DNA from: an uncultured Clostridia bacterium
Lineage (GTDB): Bacteria; Bacillota; Clostridia; Christensenellales; Borkfalkiaceae
Reading direction: 5' to 3'
DNA length: 35,309 nt
NCBI GenBank assembly: GCA_947629845.1
Contig: CANRFD010000001.1
Span: forward strand, 1 to 35,309
A program made the position numbers and the translations under genes. The notes below the pieces were generated by a model. That model had not been told where the DNA came from. It did not search any database and saw nothing but the letters and a program-made list of their open reading frames with translations. Position 1 is the stretch's first letter; the number at the start of each line of letters is the position of its first letter. This document shows positions 6,026-15,543 of this stretch, piece by piece.

Positions 6026-7603
6026 TCAGGCGTTTACGAGGTCGATATACTCGTCGAAGGTGACGTTCTTATCGAACACCTTCGTCCCGTCGAGCGCGAT
6101 GATGCGGTTGCAGACGGTGTTCATGAGCTCCTGGTCGTGCGAGGTAAGCAGCATGCAGCCCTTGAACGCCGTGAGCCCGTTGTTCAGCGAGGTGATGGAC
6201 TCGAGGTCGAGGTGGTTGGTGGGCTCGTCGAAGATCAGGAAATTCCCGCCCTCGAGCATCATTTTGGCGAGCATGCAGCGCACCTTTTCGCCGCCCGAGA
6301 GCACCTTGGCCTCCTTCAGCGCCTCCTCGCCCGAGAAGAGCATGCGCCCGAGCCAGCCGCGCAGGTATTCCTCGTAATGATCCTTGGAGAACTGCGACAG
6401 CCACTGCACGAGGGTGAGCGACACGCCCTCGAAAAATTCGTTGTTGTTGGTGGGGAAATAGGACGTCTCGATGGTCTTGCCCCACTTCACCGTGCCGGAG
6501 TCGGGCTCCTCCTTGCCCATCAGAATATCGTAGAGCATGGTGACGGAGGTAGATTTATCGGAAATGATGCCGATCTTCTCCCCCTTCTGCACCGTAAAGG
6601 AGACGTTCTCGAAGTATCCCCGCTTGGTCAGCCCCTCCACGGCGAGGATGTCGTTGCCGATCTCGCGCTCGAACTTGAAGTCGATGAAGGGGTACTTGCG
6701 CAGCGACGGCTTGAAGTCGGAGATGGTCAGCTTTTCCAGCTCCTTCTTGCGCGAAGTCGCCTGCCGCGATTTGCTTGCGTTCGCCGCGAACCGTGCAATG
6801 AACTCTTTCAGCTCGGCGGCACGCTGTTCGGCCTTCTTGTTGGCGTCCCGCTGCTGCCGCGCCATGAGCTGCGACGTCTGATACCAGAAGTCGTAGTTGC
6901 CGAGGTAGAGGTTGATCTTGCCGAAGTCGACGTCGCAGATGTGCGTGCACACCTTGTTCAGAAAGTGGCGGTTGTGCGAGACGATGATGATGGTGTTCTC
7001 GAAATCCATCAGGTAGTTTTCCAGCCAGCGCACCGTCTTTAAGTCGAGGTTGTTGGTGGGCTCGTCGAGAAGCAGCACGTCGGGATTGCCGAAGAGCGCC
7101 TGCGCGAGGAGCACGCGCACCTTCTGCTTGCCGTCGAGTTCCCCCATCGTGAGATAGTGGTATTCGCTCGGGATATCCAGCTCGTTGAGAAGGGTCTGCG
7201 CCTCGCTCTCCGCCTCCCAGCCGCCGAATTCCGCAAACTCCGCCTCGAGCTCCGCCGCCCGCACGCCGTCCTCTTCGGTAAATTCGGCATGGGCGTAGAG
7301 GGCGTCCTTCTCGTCCATGATGCGAACAAGCCGCTCGTGCCCCAGCATGACGGTGCGAAGAACGGTCTCAAAATCGTACTTGTTCTGGTTTTGCGCAAGG
7401 ACGGACATGCGCTCGTTCTTATCCAGCGTGACGTCCCCCTTGTTGGGTTCGATCTCGCCCGACAGCACCTTCAGAAAGGTGGACTTGCCCGCGCCGTTCG
7501 CACCGATGATGCCGTAGCAGTTCCCCTTGGTGAATTTTAAGTTGACGTCCTCGAACAGTTTTTTGCTTCCGTATTGTAGACTGACGCCGTTGACCTGTAA
7601 CAT
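6026..7603 (-). CDS. ABC-F family ATPase with two ABC cassettes and no TM domain (YbiT/EttA-like translation factor class)
   Basis: The protein starts MLQVNGVSLQYGSKKLF. It has two Walker A motifs (GANGAGKST in cassette 1, plus cassette 2), LSGGEK signatures, LLLDEPTNHLD-type Walker B motifs, and an Arg/Lys-rich inter-domain linker (QQRDANKKAEQRAAELKEFIARF). The ATG at 7603 has GAGAGG 5 nt upstream. The track ORF start at 7690 adds 29 non-conserved residues. Confidence 0.9.
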   Translation of the reverse strand: MLQVNGVSLQYGSKKLFEDVNLKFTKGNCYGIIGANGAGKSTFLKVLSGEIEPNKGDVTLDKNERMSVLAQNQNKYDFETVLRTVMLGHERLVRIMDEKDALYAHAEFTEEDGVRAAELEAEFAEFGGWEAESEAQTLLNELDIPSEYHYLTMGELDGKQKVRVLLAQALFGNPDVLLLDEPTNNLDLKTVRWLENYLMDFENTIIIVSHNRHFLNKVCTHICDVDFGKINLYLGNYDFWYQTSQLMARQQRDANKKAEQRAAELKEFIARFAANASKSRQATSRKKELEKLTISDFKPSLRKYPFIDFKFEREIGNDILAVEGLTKRGYFENVSFTVQKGEKIGIISDKSTSVTMLYDILMGKEEPDSGTVKWGKTIETSYFPTNNNEFFEGVSLTLVQWLSQFSKDHYEEYLRGWLGRMLFSGEEALKEAKVLSGGEKVRCMLAKMMLEGGNFLIFDEPTNHLDLESITSLNNGLTAFKGCMLLTSHDQELMNTVCNRIIALDGTKVFDKNVTFDEYIDLVNA

Positions 7604-7628
7604 GTGTACCTCTCTTGATTTCGGCGAA

Positions 7629-7658
7629 ATTATACCATATGCGGTGGGGTTCGGGCAA
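7629..7658 (-). promoter_or_regulatory. Putative promoter of the ABC-F gene (TTGCCC-18-TGgTATAAT, extended -10)
   Basis: The minus strand reads TTGCCCgaaccccaccgcatatggTATAAT, about 25 nt upstream of the ATG. Confidence 0.4.
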
Positions 7659-7726
7659 GTAAATTGAGCTACTTCCCTCCGCGTCCGCAAAAAATTCTCT
7701 GCCCCACGGGAAGGGGAGGCTCGTGC

Positions 7727-9904
7727 TTAAGGCTCGGAACGCTCGTAAATGCGGCCGGTATCACCCGTGACGAGCGCGTCGCGGATGGTCTCCTGCGGGG
7801 AATCCCATTCAAACACGGTGTCGTAACGGAAAAATCCGAGCGTTTGCCACACGCTGCCCTCGGGCAGGCTGAAAGACGTGAGCCGCTGGCAGCGGGAGAA
7901 GGCGTTCGGCTCGATGCGTACGACGCCGCCGGGCACGGCAATGGAAGTGAGCGTCGTACAGTTGCGGAAGAGTGAATCGGCGATGACCTCGAGCGAGGCA
8001 GGAAGATGCACTTCCGCAAGGCGGACGCACCCCTCGAAGGCGCGTGCGCCGATCTCCTGCACGCCGTCCGGAATGTGGACGGAGCGAAGCGCCGTGCAAC
8101 CCGAGAAGGCGTCCTCGCCGATGCGAAGAAGCGAATCGGGGATCTCCACCGCCTCGAGCACGTTCCCGCCCCTCTTCACGGGAGCGGAGAATTCTGTGAC
8201 GGGCAGTCCGTCGAGCTCCTCGGGGATGTCGAGTTCGCGCATGTCGTATTCCCGCACATAGACGGCAAGAGAGCCGTCCTCCTTGACGTCGTAGTAGAAG
8301 CCGTCCGCATAGCCGTCGTTCGCCGCCTGCACCGTGTAGAGGCGGGCACAGACGATGCCGAATACCGACACGGCGGCGACGATGAGCGCGAGCACCTTGA
8401 TGGCCATCACGATCACGCCGTTCTCACGGCCGTTCTCACGGTTGCGCTCGACGTAGTTCCATTCGTCCGCCATGCTGTACATTGTGCCGAATCCCACCAA
8501 CAGCGAGAAGGCGAAGTACACCCACAGCCAGTCGTGCATGTTGTCCGTAAACCAGCCGATGAGAATGCAGACCGCCGCAAGCACACCCACCGCGGCGAGC
8601 CCCACGGCGATGAAAACCGTACTCTTCCCGCGGAATTGCAGGAAATCAAAGGCGAAATGCAATAGGATGATGGCCGAGAGAATGCCTGTCATGACAAGGC
8701 AGATTTTTTCTTCGGGCGAACCCAAAACGACGCGCACGGCGTACGGCTCGGAGAGAAGGAACAAAAGCACCGCAAGCTCGGCAAGCCCCAGGATGACATG
8801 CACGGCGACGGTGAACGCGATATGCTTCTTCAAATACTCGCTCGTGCGTTCCAAAATACTTGTTTTGGCGACGTGCGCCTGCGCCGGCTTCGTCTTTTGA
8901 TTTTGTGTGCGCGCCCGTCTCTCCGCTTTCTCCCGCGCCGCAGAAGCGCGCGAGGCGTGCGAACTTTCTTTGCGCCCGCGGGCGAGCTCGCAACACCGCT
9001 TGACGTGATTTAATACCTTGGGGTAGGCGTCGGGCTTTGTGAAGTCTATCCCCTCCACCCTGCCGTTGCGCTGCGGCAAACGCTCGATGGGCGTGCCCTT
9101 GAACACGATCGTGAGCGCGTCGCTCTCCTTCTGCCTGCCGTCCGCAAGCTCAAGAAAGCGCATGTATTCGTTCTTCACCCACTTCGTCGTGAGATATTCC
9201 TCGCGGAAACAGACGAGGATCATGGCGGGCGACTTCACGAGGGCGTACAGAATGCGCGCCTCGTAGTCGGTACCGGTGCTGTGCGCCATCTCCGCCTCCG
9301 AATAGAAGGGACGAAGCCCCTGCTCCTTGAGATAGTCATAGAGCTTGTAGGCGGCGTGGCTGTCGGGCGTGCTCTCTCCGTTGGCGTCCGTTATCTTGGC
9401 GGAGATGAACACGTCGTAGTCCAGTCCGCGCTTTTGAAATTCGAAAAATTTGTTGCGGATGTCGTCGATCTCCGCACCGCGCTCCAAGTAGACGGCGCGC
9501 TGCTCGGCGTCGGCAAGGGAGAGGGCTCGGCAGAATTCCTCGCTCTCCGTAAACCGCTTCTTCGTGATAAGGTGGCAGATGGGATGCAGACGGGTCTCGT
9601 CGACGTCGTCGCGCAGATAGCGCACGCGGAAAAGCGCTTGCGCCATACCGAAATACGCCTCGGGTTCCTGCCTATCTAACTCCGCCGCCTTTTGATATGC
9701 GGAATACGCCTCGTCGAAGCGGCACATATCTATCTCATGTTCGCCGAGACGGAGCGCATCTAAAACGGCGGAGGAAGTCCCCCGCCGCGGCAGCGTCCAC
9801 CGCGAGTTGCAGTAGCGGCACCGCACGATCCCGCTCGCCGTGGAAATATCGAGCGGGGCGCCGCAATTTTTACATTGAAACGTAGCGCTTACCCAATCCG
9901 ACAC
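7727..9904 (-). CDS. Multidomain membrane protein: N-terminal zinc ribbon, TPR-like helical region, TIR domain, 5 predicted TM helices, and a C-terminal BspA-type leucine-rich repeat domain
   Basis: The zinc ribbon is CKNCGAPLDISTASGIVRCRYC. The TIR-like core is YDVFISAKITD...GLRPFYSEAEM...ILVCFREEYLTTKWVKNEYMRF (about 9060-9418). Five hydrophobic segments lie at about 8331-8822. The LRR_5-like repeats read IPDSLLRIGEDAFSGCTALRSVHIPDGVQEIGARAFEGCVRLAEVHLP (about 7730-8330). The start is placed at GTG 9904, which has AAGGAGA 9 nt upstream. The track start at 9955 falls inside the predicted promoter spacer. Confidence 0.85.
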   Translation of the reverse strand: MSDWVSATFQCKNCGAPLDISTASGIVRCRYCNSRWTLPRRGTSSAVLDALRLGEHEIDMCRFDEAYSAYQKAAELDRQEPEAYFGMAQALFRVRYLRDDVDETRLHPICHLITKKRFTESEEFCRALSLADAEQRAVYLERGAEIDDIRNKFFEFQKRGLDYDVFISAKITDANGESTPDSHAAYKLYDYLKEQGLRPFYSEAEMAHSTGTDYEARILYALVKSPAMILVCFREEYLTTKWVKNEYMRFLELADGRQKESDALTIVFKGTPIERLPQRNGRVEGIDFTKPDAYPKVLNHVKRCCELARGRKESSHASRASAAREKAERRARTQNQKTKPAQAHVAKTSILERTSEYLKKHIAFTVAVHVILGLAELAVLLFLLSEPYAVRVVLGSPEEKICLVMTGILSAIILLHFAFDFLQFRGKSTVFIAVGLAAVGVLAAVCILIGWFTDNMHDWLWVYFAFSLLVGFGTMYSMADEWNYVERNRENGRENGVIVMAIKVLALIVAAVSVFGIVCARLYTVQAANDGYADGFYYDVKEDGSLAVYVREYDMRELDIPEELDGLPVTEFSAPVKRGGNVLEAVEIPDSLLRIGEDAFSGCTALRSVHIPDGVQEIGARAFEGCVRLAEVHLPASLEVIADSLFRNCTTLTSIAVPGGVVRIEPNAFSRCQRLTSFSLPEGSVWQTLGFFRYDTVFEWDSPQETIRDALVTGDTGRIYERSEP

Positions 9905-9945
9905 GTTCGCCCGTCTCCTTTTTTCGCATTCGTAGTTTTGAGATA

Positions 9946-9974
9946 AGTATATCACATCCTGCTTTTGAAGTCAA
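9946..9974 (-). promoter_or_regulatory. Putative promoter of the TIR-LRR gene (TTGACT-17-TATACT)
   Basis: The minus strand reads TTGACTtcaaaagcaggatgtgaTATACT, about 40 nt upstream of GTG 9904. Confidence 0.5.
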
Positions 9975-10012
9975 GTAAACGGCGCGAAAAGCGCCCTTCC
10001 CACCGCGGCGCC

Positions 10013-10040
10013 TTGACAAATTTCCTATGTTGCCTATAAT
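10013..10040 (+). promoter_or_regulatory. Near-consensus promoter (TTGACA-16-TATAAT) ending 7 nt before the ADH ATG
   Basis: TTGACA is at 10013-10018, TATAAT at 10035-10040, and the ATG at 10048. There is no SD between them. Confidence 0.5.
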
Positions 10041-10047
10041 AAGACAT

Positions 10048-11250
10048 ATGAACATATTCCGAAAAACCTATTGCAGAGTCGTTCACCTCGGGCTGAAGCT
10101 CGCGTCGCCCTTTTTGCCCTACCGCATGCCGCGATCTTGCACGTACGAAGCGGCGGCGCAGGCGCTCCGCAATGCGGGCAAGGGGCGGCTTTTGCTCGTC
10201 ACGGGGAAAAACGTCCGCGCACGCGGGCTGTGCGAACCCCTGCTTTCCGCCATGAAAACCGCGGGCATGGAGACGGAGATCTTCGACGCCGTGCCCGCCG
10301 ATCCCACCGTTGCCTGCGTGGAGGCGGCGGTTTCCCTCTACCGCGAAAGGGGGTGCGACTGCGTTGCGGCGGTGGGCGGCGGCTCCCCCATGGACTGCGC
10401 CAAGGGCGTGTGCGCGCGGGCGGCTTCCCCCAAGCGGCCGCTCAAGGCGATGAAGGGCGCGCTGAAGGTGAAGGGCAAAGTTCCCCCCTTCCTCGCCGTT
10501 CCCACGACAGCGGGCTCGGGGAGCGAGATGACGGCGGCCGCCGTGTTCACCGACGGCGAGGCGCACGAGAAGTTCGCCGTGTTCTCCTACAAACTCGTGC
10601 CGGAATTTGTGCGGCAGGATCCCGCGCTCACCCTCTCCCTTCCCCCCGCCGTGACGGCGGACACGGGCATGGACGCTTTGACCCATGCGGTGGAGGCGTA
10701 CATCGGGCGGGCGACGGCGAAAACCTCGCGAAATTATGCGGAACTCGCAGCGTTTGCCGTTTTTTCGCATCTTCCGCGGGCATATGCGGAGGGAAACGAC
10801 CTCGGCGCACGGCGCGAAATGCTTGTTGCGGCGGGCAATGCCGGCGCGGCGTTCACCCTCTCCTATGTGGGGTATGTGCACGCGCTCGCACATGCGCTCG
10901 GGGGCGCGTACGGGCTGCCCCACGGGAGGCTCTGCGCCGCCCTTCTGCCCCACGTCCTGCGCGCCTACGGCAAAAAGGCGCATAAAAAACTCGCGCGGCT
11001 CGCCGTCCGTTGCAAGCTGTGCGAAGAAAAAACACCCCGAAGCGAGGCGGCGGAACTGTTCATCCGCAGGGTGGAAACGCTCTCCCGCGAAGTCGGCATT
11101 CCGCAGCGGCTCCCCATCAAAAAAGAGGACATCCCGCAGCTCGCCGCCCGCGCCGCAAGGGAGGCCAACCCCCTCTACCCCGTGCCCAAACTCTTGGACA
11201 GGGGCGAACTTGAGACCGTTCTGCACGCCGTTCGGAAGAAGCGGGAATAA
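10048..11250 (+). CDS. Iron-containing (group III) alcohol dehydrogenase family protein
   Basis: Family motifs are present: GGGSPMDCAKG, VPTTAGSGSE, DALTHAVEAY and HALAHALGGAYGLPHG. The N-terminus MNIFRKTYCRVV is typical of the family. The ATG at 10027 lies within the promoter spacer and was rejected. Confidence 0.85.
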   Translation: MNIFRKTYCRVVHLGLKLASPFLPYRMPRSCTYEAAAQALRNAGKGRLLLVTGKNVRARGLCEPLLSAMKTAGMETEIFDAVPADPTVACVEAAVSLYRERGCDCVAAVGGGSPMDCAKGVCARAASPKRPLKAMKGALKVKGKVPPFLAVPTTAGSGSEMTAAAVFTDGEAHEKFAVFSYKLVPEFVRQDPALTLSLPPAVTADTGMDALTHAVEAYIGRATAKTSRNYAELAAFAVFSHLPRAYAEGNDLGARREMLVAAGNAGAAFTLSYVGYVHALAHALGGAYGLPHGRLCAALLPHVLRAYGKKAHKKLARLAVRCKLCEEKTPRSEAAELFIRRVETLSREVGIPQRLPIKKEDIPQLAARAAREANPLYPVPKLLDRGELETVLHAVRKKRE

Positions 11251-11257
11251 AAAAACA

Positions 11258-11278
11258 GCCGCCGGGATCGCCGGCGGC
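11258..11278. terminator. Hairpin between convergent genes, with a clear T-run only on the minus strand
   Basis: GCCGCCGG-gatcg-CCGGCGGC is an 8-bp G/C stem. An A7 run lies on its plus-strand 5' side, giving TGTTTTTTT after the hairpin on the minus strand, downstream of the DUF368 gene. Confidence 0.6.
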
Positions 11279-11283
11279 AACGT

Positions 11284-12264
11284 CTATTTGGCCTGTTTTT
11301 TCCGCACCAGCCAGACGAGCAGATAGGAGAGCGCGGCGCCGATAAACAGCATCAAAACCGAGACCGCCCAATACCACGGGCTGGAATAGAGGTGGGAAAG
11401 CGACGGGGGCGCGTTCTGCACCGTGGTGAAATACACCGCCACGACGGAGCCCAAAACAAACCCCAGTATGGCAAAATGGGTGCCGCGGGGGAATTTCTCC
11501 AGCAAAAATTTCATGACCACGGAGACGGCATAGAAGCCGACGAGCACCCCCACGCCCGTGCACGCGAGCACGGCAATGGAGACGCCGACGTTCTGCCAGC
11601 GCAGCAAGTTGTCGGTGATGAGCTCGACAAGCGGCGTATAGTAGCCGAAGATGAGCAGGAGCATGGAGCCCGAGATGCCCGGCACGACGAGGGCGCAAGC
11701 CCCCGCCATTCCCACGACGACGAGCAAGAAGTAGCCCCCCACATCGAGGTGGAAAAGGTCGACATTCGCCCCCGTCGGCAGGAACAGCATGCACGCCGCA
11801 ATGATGCACGGAAGGGCAAAACTCACAGCGTTATGCCATTTTGGCTTCCCCTTCAGCTTTTCGGTGATGGAAGGGAGTCCGCCGAGGGAGAGCCCGACGA
11901 ACAGCGTTACCGTGGGGATGGGGTAGTTCGCAAGCCCCCACTGAATGGGGAACATCAGCGCGGCGATGCCCAAGACCATGCCGATTACAATGGGCAGAAG
12001 GAACAGAAAACTCTCCTTGAACTTTTTGAAGATCCCGACGATGCTGCCCACAAGTCTTTCGTAAATGCCGAGAATGGCCGCCACCGACCCGCCCGAAAAC
12101 CCGGGGATGATGAACGCAACGCCGATCGCCGCCCCGCGCAGCACGTTTGCGAGAAATTCCACAAATTTATTGGGCTTTTGGGGTGCGGGCGCAGGTTCAC
12201 CCTGTGCGGAGGGCGCTTCGGAGGCGGTTTCCGCCGTCCCTGCGGACTGTTTGTTTTCTTCCAT
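11284..12264 (-). CDS. DUF368 family polytopic membrane protein (undecaprenyl-phosphate translocase family)
   Basis: It has duplicated signature motifs IIPGFSGGSVA and VVPGISGSMLL and about 8 hydrophobic helices. A low-complexity 30-aa N-terminal extension is present. Confidence 0.85.
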   Translation of the reverse strand: MEENKQSAGTAETASEAPSAQGEPAPAPQKPNKFVEFLANVLRGAAIGVAFIIPGFSGGSVAAILGIYERLVGSIVGIFKKFKESFLFLLPIVIGMVLGIAALMFPIQWGLANYPIPTVTLFVGLSLGGLPSITEKLKGKPKWHNAVSFALPCIIAACMLFLPTGANVDLFHLDVGGYFLLVVVGMAGACALVVPGISGSMLLLIFGYYTPLVELITDNLLRWQNVGVSIAVLACTGVGVLVGFYAVSVVMKFLLEKFPRGTHFAILGFVLGSVVAVYFTTVQNAPPSLSHLYSSPWYWAVSVLMLFIGAALSYLLVWLVRKKQAK

Positions 12265-12357
12265 ACTGTTTTAAGTATATCATAGCCCCCGCCAAAATAC
12301 AACAAAAAATCAATTTATCGGCGAAAAAAAATGGAGGGCCCGCCTTTTTGCGGACTC

Positions 12358-12573
12358 TCAATAGTTTTTTCTGCCGAGCAAATAATCGATATCTTCGTGA
12401 AAATAATCCGCTATTTTGCAGAGATTTTCAAGCGAGACCTCCCGTTGACACAGCAAATACCGCGAGATCGTCGGCTGCGGAATGCCGACCCGTTTGGAGA
12501 ACTCCCGAACGGACAGCTCCCCTATCAGCTCCTTCAAATTTTGCGCAAACGTCTCCGAATATTTGGTTGCCAT
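12358..12573 (-). CDS. XRE-family helix-turn-helix transcriptional regulator (about 71 aa)
   Basis: The sequence MATKYSETFAQNLKELIGELSVREFSKRVGIPQPTISRYLLCQREVSLENLCKIADYF fits the Cro/CI-type HTH pattern. The start is uncertain: ATG 12573 is preferred, with 12591 and 12648 as alternatives. Confidence 0.75.
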   Translation of the reverse strand: MATKYSETFAQNLKELIGELSVREFSKRVGIPQPTISRYLLCQREVSLENLCKIADYFHEDIDYLLGRKNY

Positions 12574-12605
12574 ATGATTTTCCCATGCCATTTTACATAA
12601 AATGC

Positions 12606-12635
12606 TTGACGTGATACCGTTCGGTATTATATAAT
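12606..12635 (+). promoter_or_regulatory. Promoter of the LRR gene (TTGACG-18-TATAAT) with a 14-bp palindrome ATACCGTTCGGTAT in the spacer
   Basis: TTGACG is at 12606-12611 and TATAAT at 12630-12635. The perfect inverted repeat is at 12614-12627. GAGGAGG precedes the ATG at 12672. Confidence 0.5.
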
Positions 12636-12671
12636 TTGAGTTAATCAATTATCTATCGAGGAGGAAAGAAA

Positions 12672-13928
12672 ATGGGAGATACCAACGGGTTCCGCATTGA
12701 AAACGGGAAACTCATAAGTTATACCGGTGACGATTTGGAAATCATCATCCCGGACGAAGTGACGGAGATCGGCAGCAGCGTCTTTGCAAATTCCGGCGTG
12801 CGCAAGGTCGTCATCGGCGACTCGGTCAAAATTATCGGCTTCTGTGCGTTCAGAAATTGCAAAACACTCATGGAGGTCAGCCTTACAAACGGTTTGGAGG
12901 AAATCGGCGCGTCGGCATTTGAAGGCTGTGTCGGTTTGCAAAAAATTCATATCGGAGACTCGGTCAAGGCTATCGGTTCAGAGGCTTTCAAAAGTTGCAG
13001 GACGCTCATGGAAGTTTACCTGTCAAAGGACTTGGAAGAGATTAGCGCATCGGCGTTCGAAAGCTGTGCCAGTCTGCAAAAAATCTATGGCGGTTCCAAA
13101 ATAAAGCGCATCGGCGACGCTGCATTTCAAAAGTGCCCCATCGCGGAATTTGATTTCAGCAGCGTGACAAGTATTGGCGCAGAGGCCTTTTCCGATTGCA
13201 AGTTGACCGAAGTCACGTTCGGGCGCGGCCTCGCTTTTTTGGGGCGCAGCGCGTTTTCGGGTTGCTCAAATTTAACATCGGTAATCTTCGACGCCGACTC
13301 ACCGTTGGAAACGATTGAGGAACACGCATTCGAGAATTGCTCTGTAACAAATTTGCAGCTACCGTCACATTTGAAAAAAATCGGAGAACGTGCATTTCAC
13401 TACCCCGACAACTATAGAGTCACTCGAAAAGAAATTATCCTTCCCGACTCACTGAAGATCATCGAAGAGTATGCGTTTGACGATTCTAAATTTGAGCTGA
13501 TAATCATACCTTACGGTGTAACGCACATCGGCGCCAAAAGTTTTGATGAAGCATGGAAAATCGTCCTACCGGAAGTCTTTCGAGCTCAAATCTCCAACAT
13601 CGTTGGCTCTAATACGAAAGTAATTTACTATCAAACCGAGGAGCAATATGAAAGGCTCAAAGAATACGGCTTTTTAATGGATGGCGGAGATCTGATAAAA
13701 GTTGTAAGGAAACTCTCCTTAATCAACTTTCCGGACTTTGTAACGCGGATCTGCCGCGGCGCAATTGTTGACTGCGGCCTTTACAGCACCATGATCCCCG
13801 AAGATACCGTAATAGAAGAGGGCGCCTTCAACTGCCCCACTCTGAAGTATGTTACCGTTTCAAAGCAATACAAGAAAAAACGGAAACTGTACTTCGGCAA
13901 ATACAAAATCAAATACACTTTCATATAA
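12672..13928 (+). CDS. BspA-type leucine-rich repeat (LRR_5-like) protein with no signal peptide
   Basis: Units such as IGSSVFANSGVRKVVIGDSVKIIGFCAFRNCKTLMEVSL and EEIGASAFEGCVGLQKIHIGDSVKAIGSEAFKSCRTLMEVYL repeat along the protein. A strong SD is present. The gene is noticeably more A+T-rich than its neighbours. Confidence 0.85.
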   Translation: MGDTNGFRIENGKLISYTGDDLEIIIPDEVTEIGSSVFANSGVRKVVIGDSVKIIGFCAFRNCKTLMEVSLTNGLEEIGASAFEGCVGLQKIHIGDSVKAIGSEAFKSCRTLMEVYLSKDLEEISASAFESCASLQKIYGGSKIKRIGDAAFQKCPIAEFDFSSVTSIGAEAFSDCKLTEVTFGRGLAFLGRSAFSGCSNLTSVIFDADSPLETIEEHAFENCSVTNLQLPSHLKKIGERAFHYPDNYRVTRKEIILPDSLKIIEEYAFDDSKFELIIIPYGVTHIGAKSFDEAWKIVLPEVFRAQISNIVGSNTKVIYYQTEEQYERLKEYGFLMDGGDLIKVVRKLSLINFPDFVTRICRGAIVDCGLYSTMIPEDTVIEEGAFNCPTLKYVTVSKQYKKKRKLYFGKYKIKYTFI

Positions 13929-13935
13929 AAAACTA

Positions 13936-13960
13936 CTCCCGGACGGAACATGTTCGGGAG
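13936..13960. terminator. Bidirectional rho-independent terminator between the LRR gene and gdhA
   Basis: The hairpin is CTCCCG..GAACATGTTC..GGGAG. It is followed by CGGTTTTTTAT on the plus strand and by TAGTTTTTTA on the minus strand. Confidence 0.65.
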
Positions 13961-13986
13961 CGGTTTTTTATATTTTTTTCGTTGCC

Positions 13987-15543
<1,557 letters not shown>

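Noticed and set aside
7604-7690. N-terminal 29-aa extension of the ABC-F ORF
   Set aside because: The extension covers the predicted promoter. The internal ATG at 7603 has a proper SD and gives the canonical ABC-F N-terminus MLQVNGVSL.
9952-11280. 442-aa minus-strand ORF
   Set aside because: It is antisense to the Fe-ADH gene, which has the family metal- and NAD-binding motifs. Its translation is Arg/Gly-rich.
12265-12357. Possible terminator for the XRE gene (CCGCAAAAAGGCGG followed by a T8 run on the minus strand)
   Set aside because: The stem is only about 4 bp, and the T-run is separated from it by GCCCTCCA. This is too weak to annotate as a feature.
12290-13985. Possibility that the A+T-richer islet is a mobile element or prophage remnant
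   Set aside because: No integrase, transposase, terminal inverted or direct repeats, or tRNA attachment site is visible. It is reported only as a compositional islet and not annotated as a mobile element.
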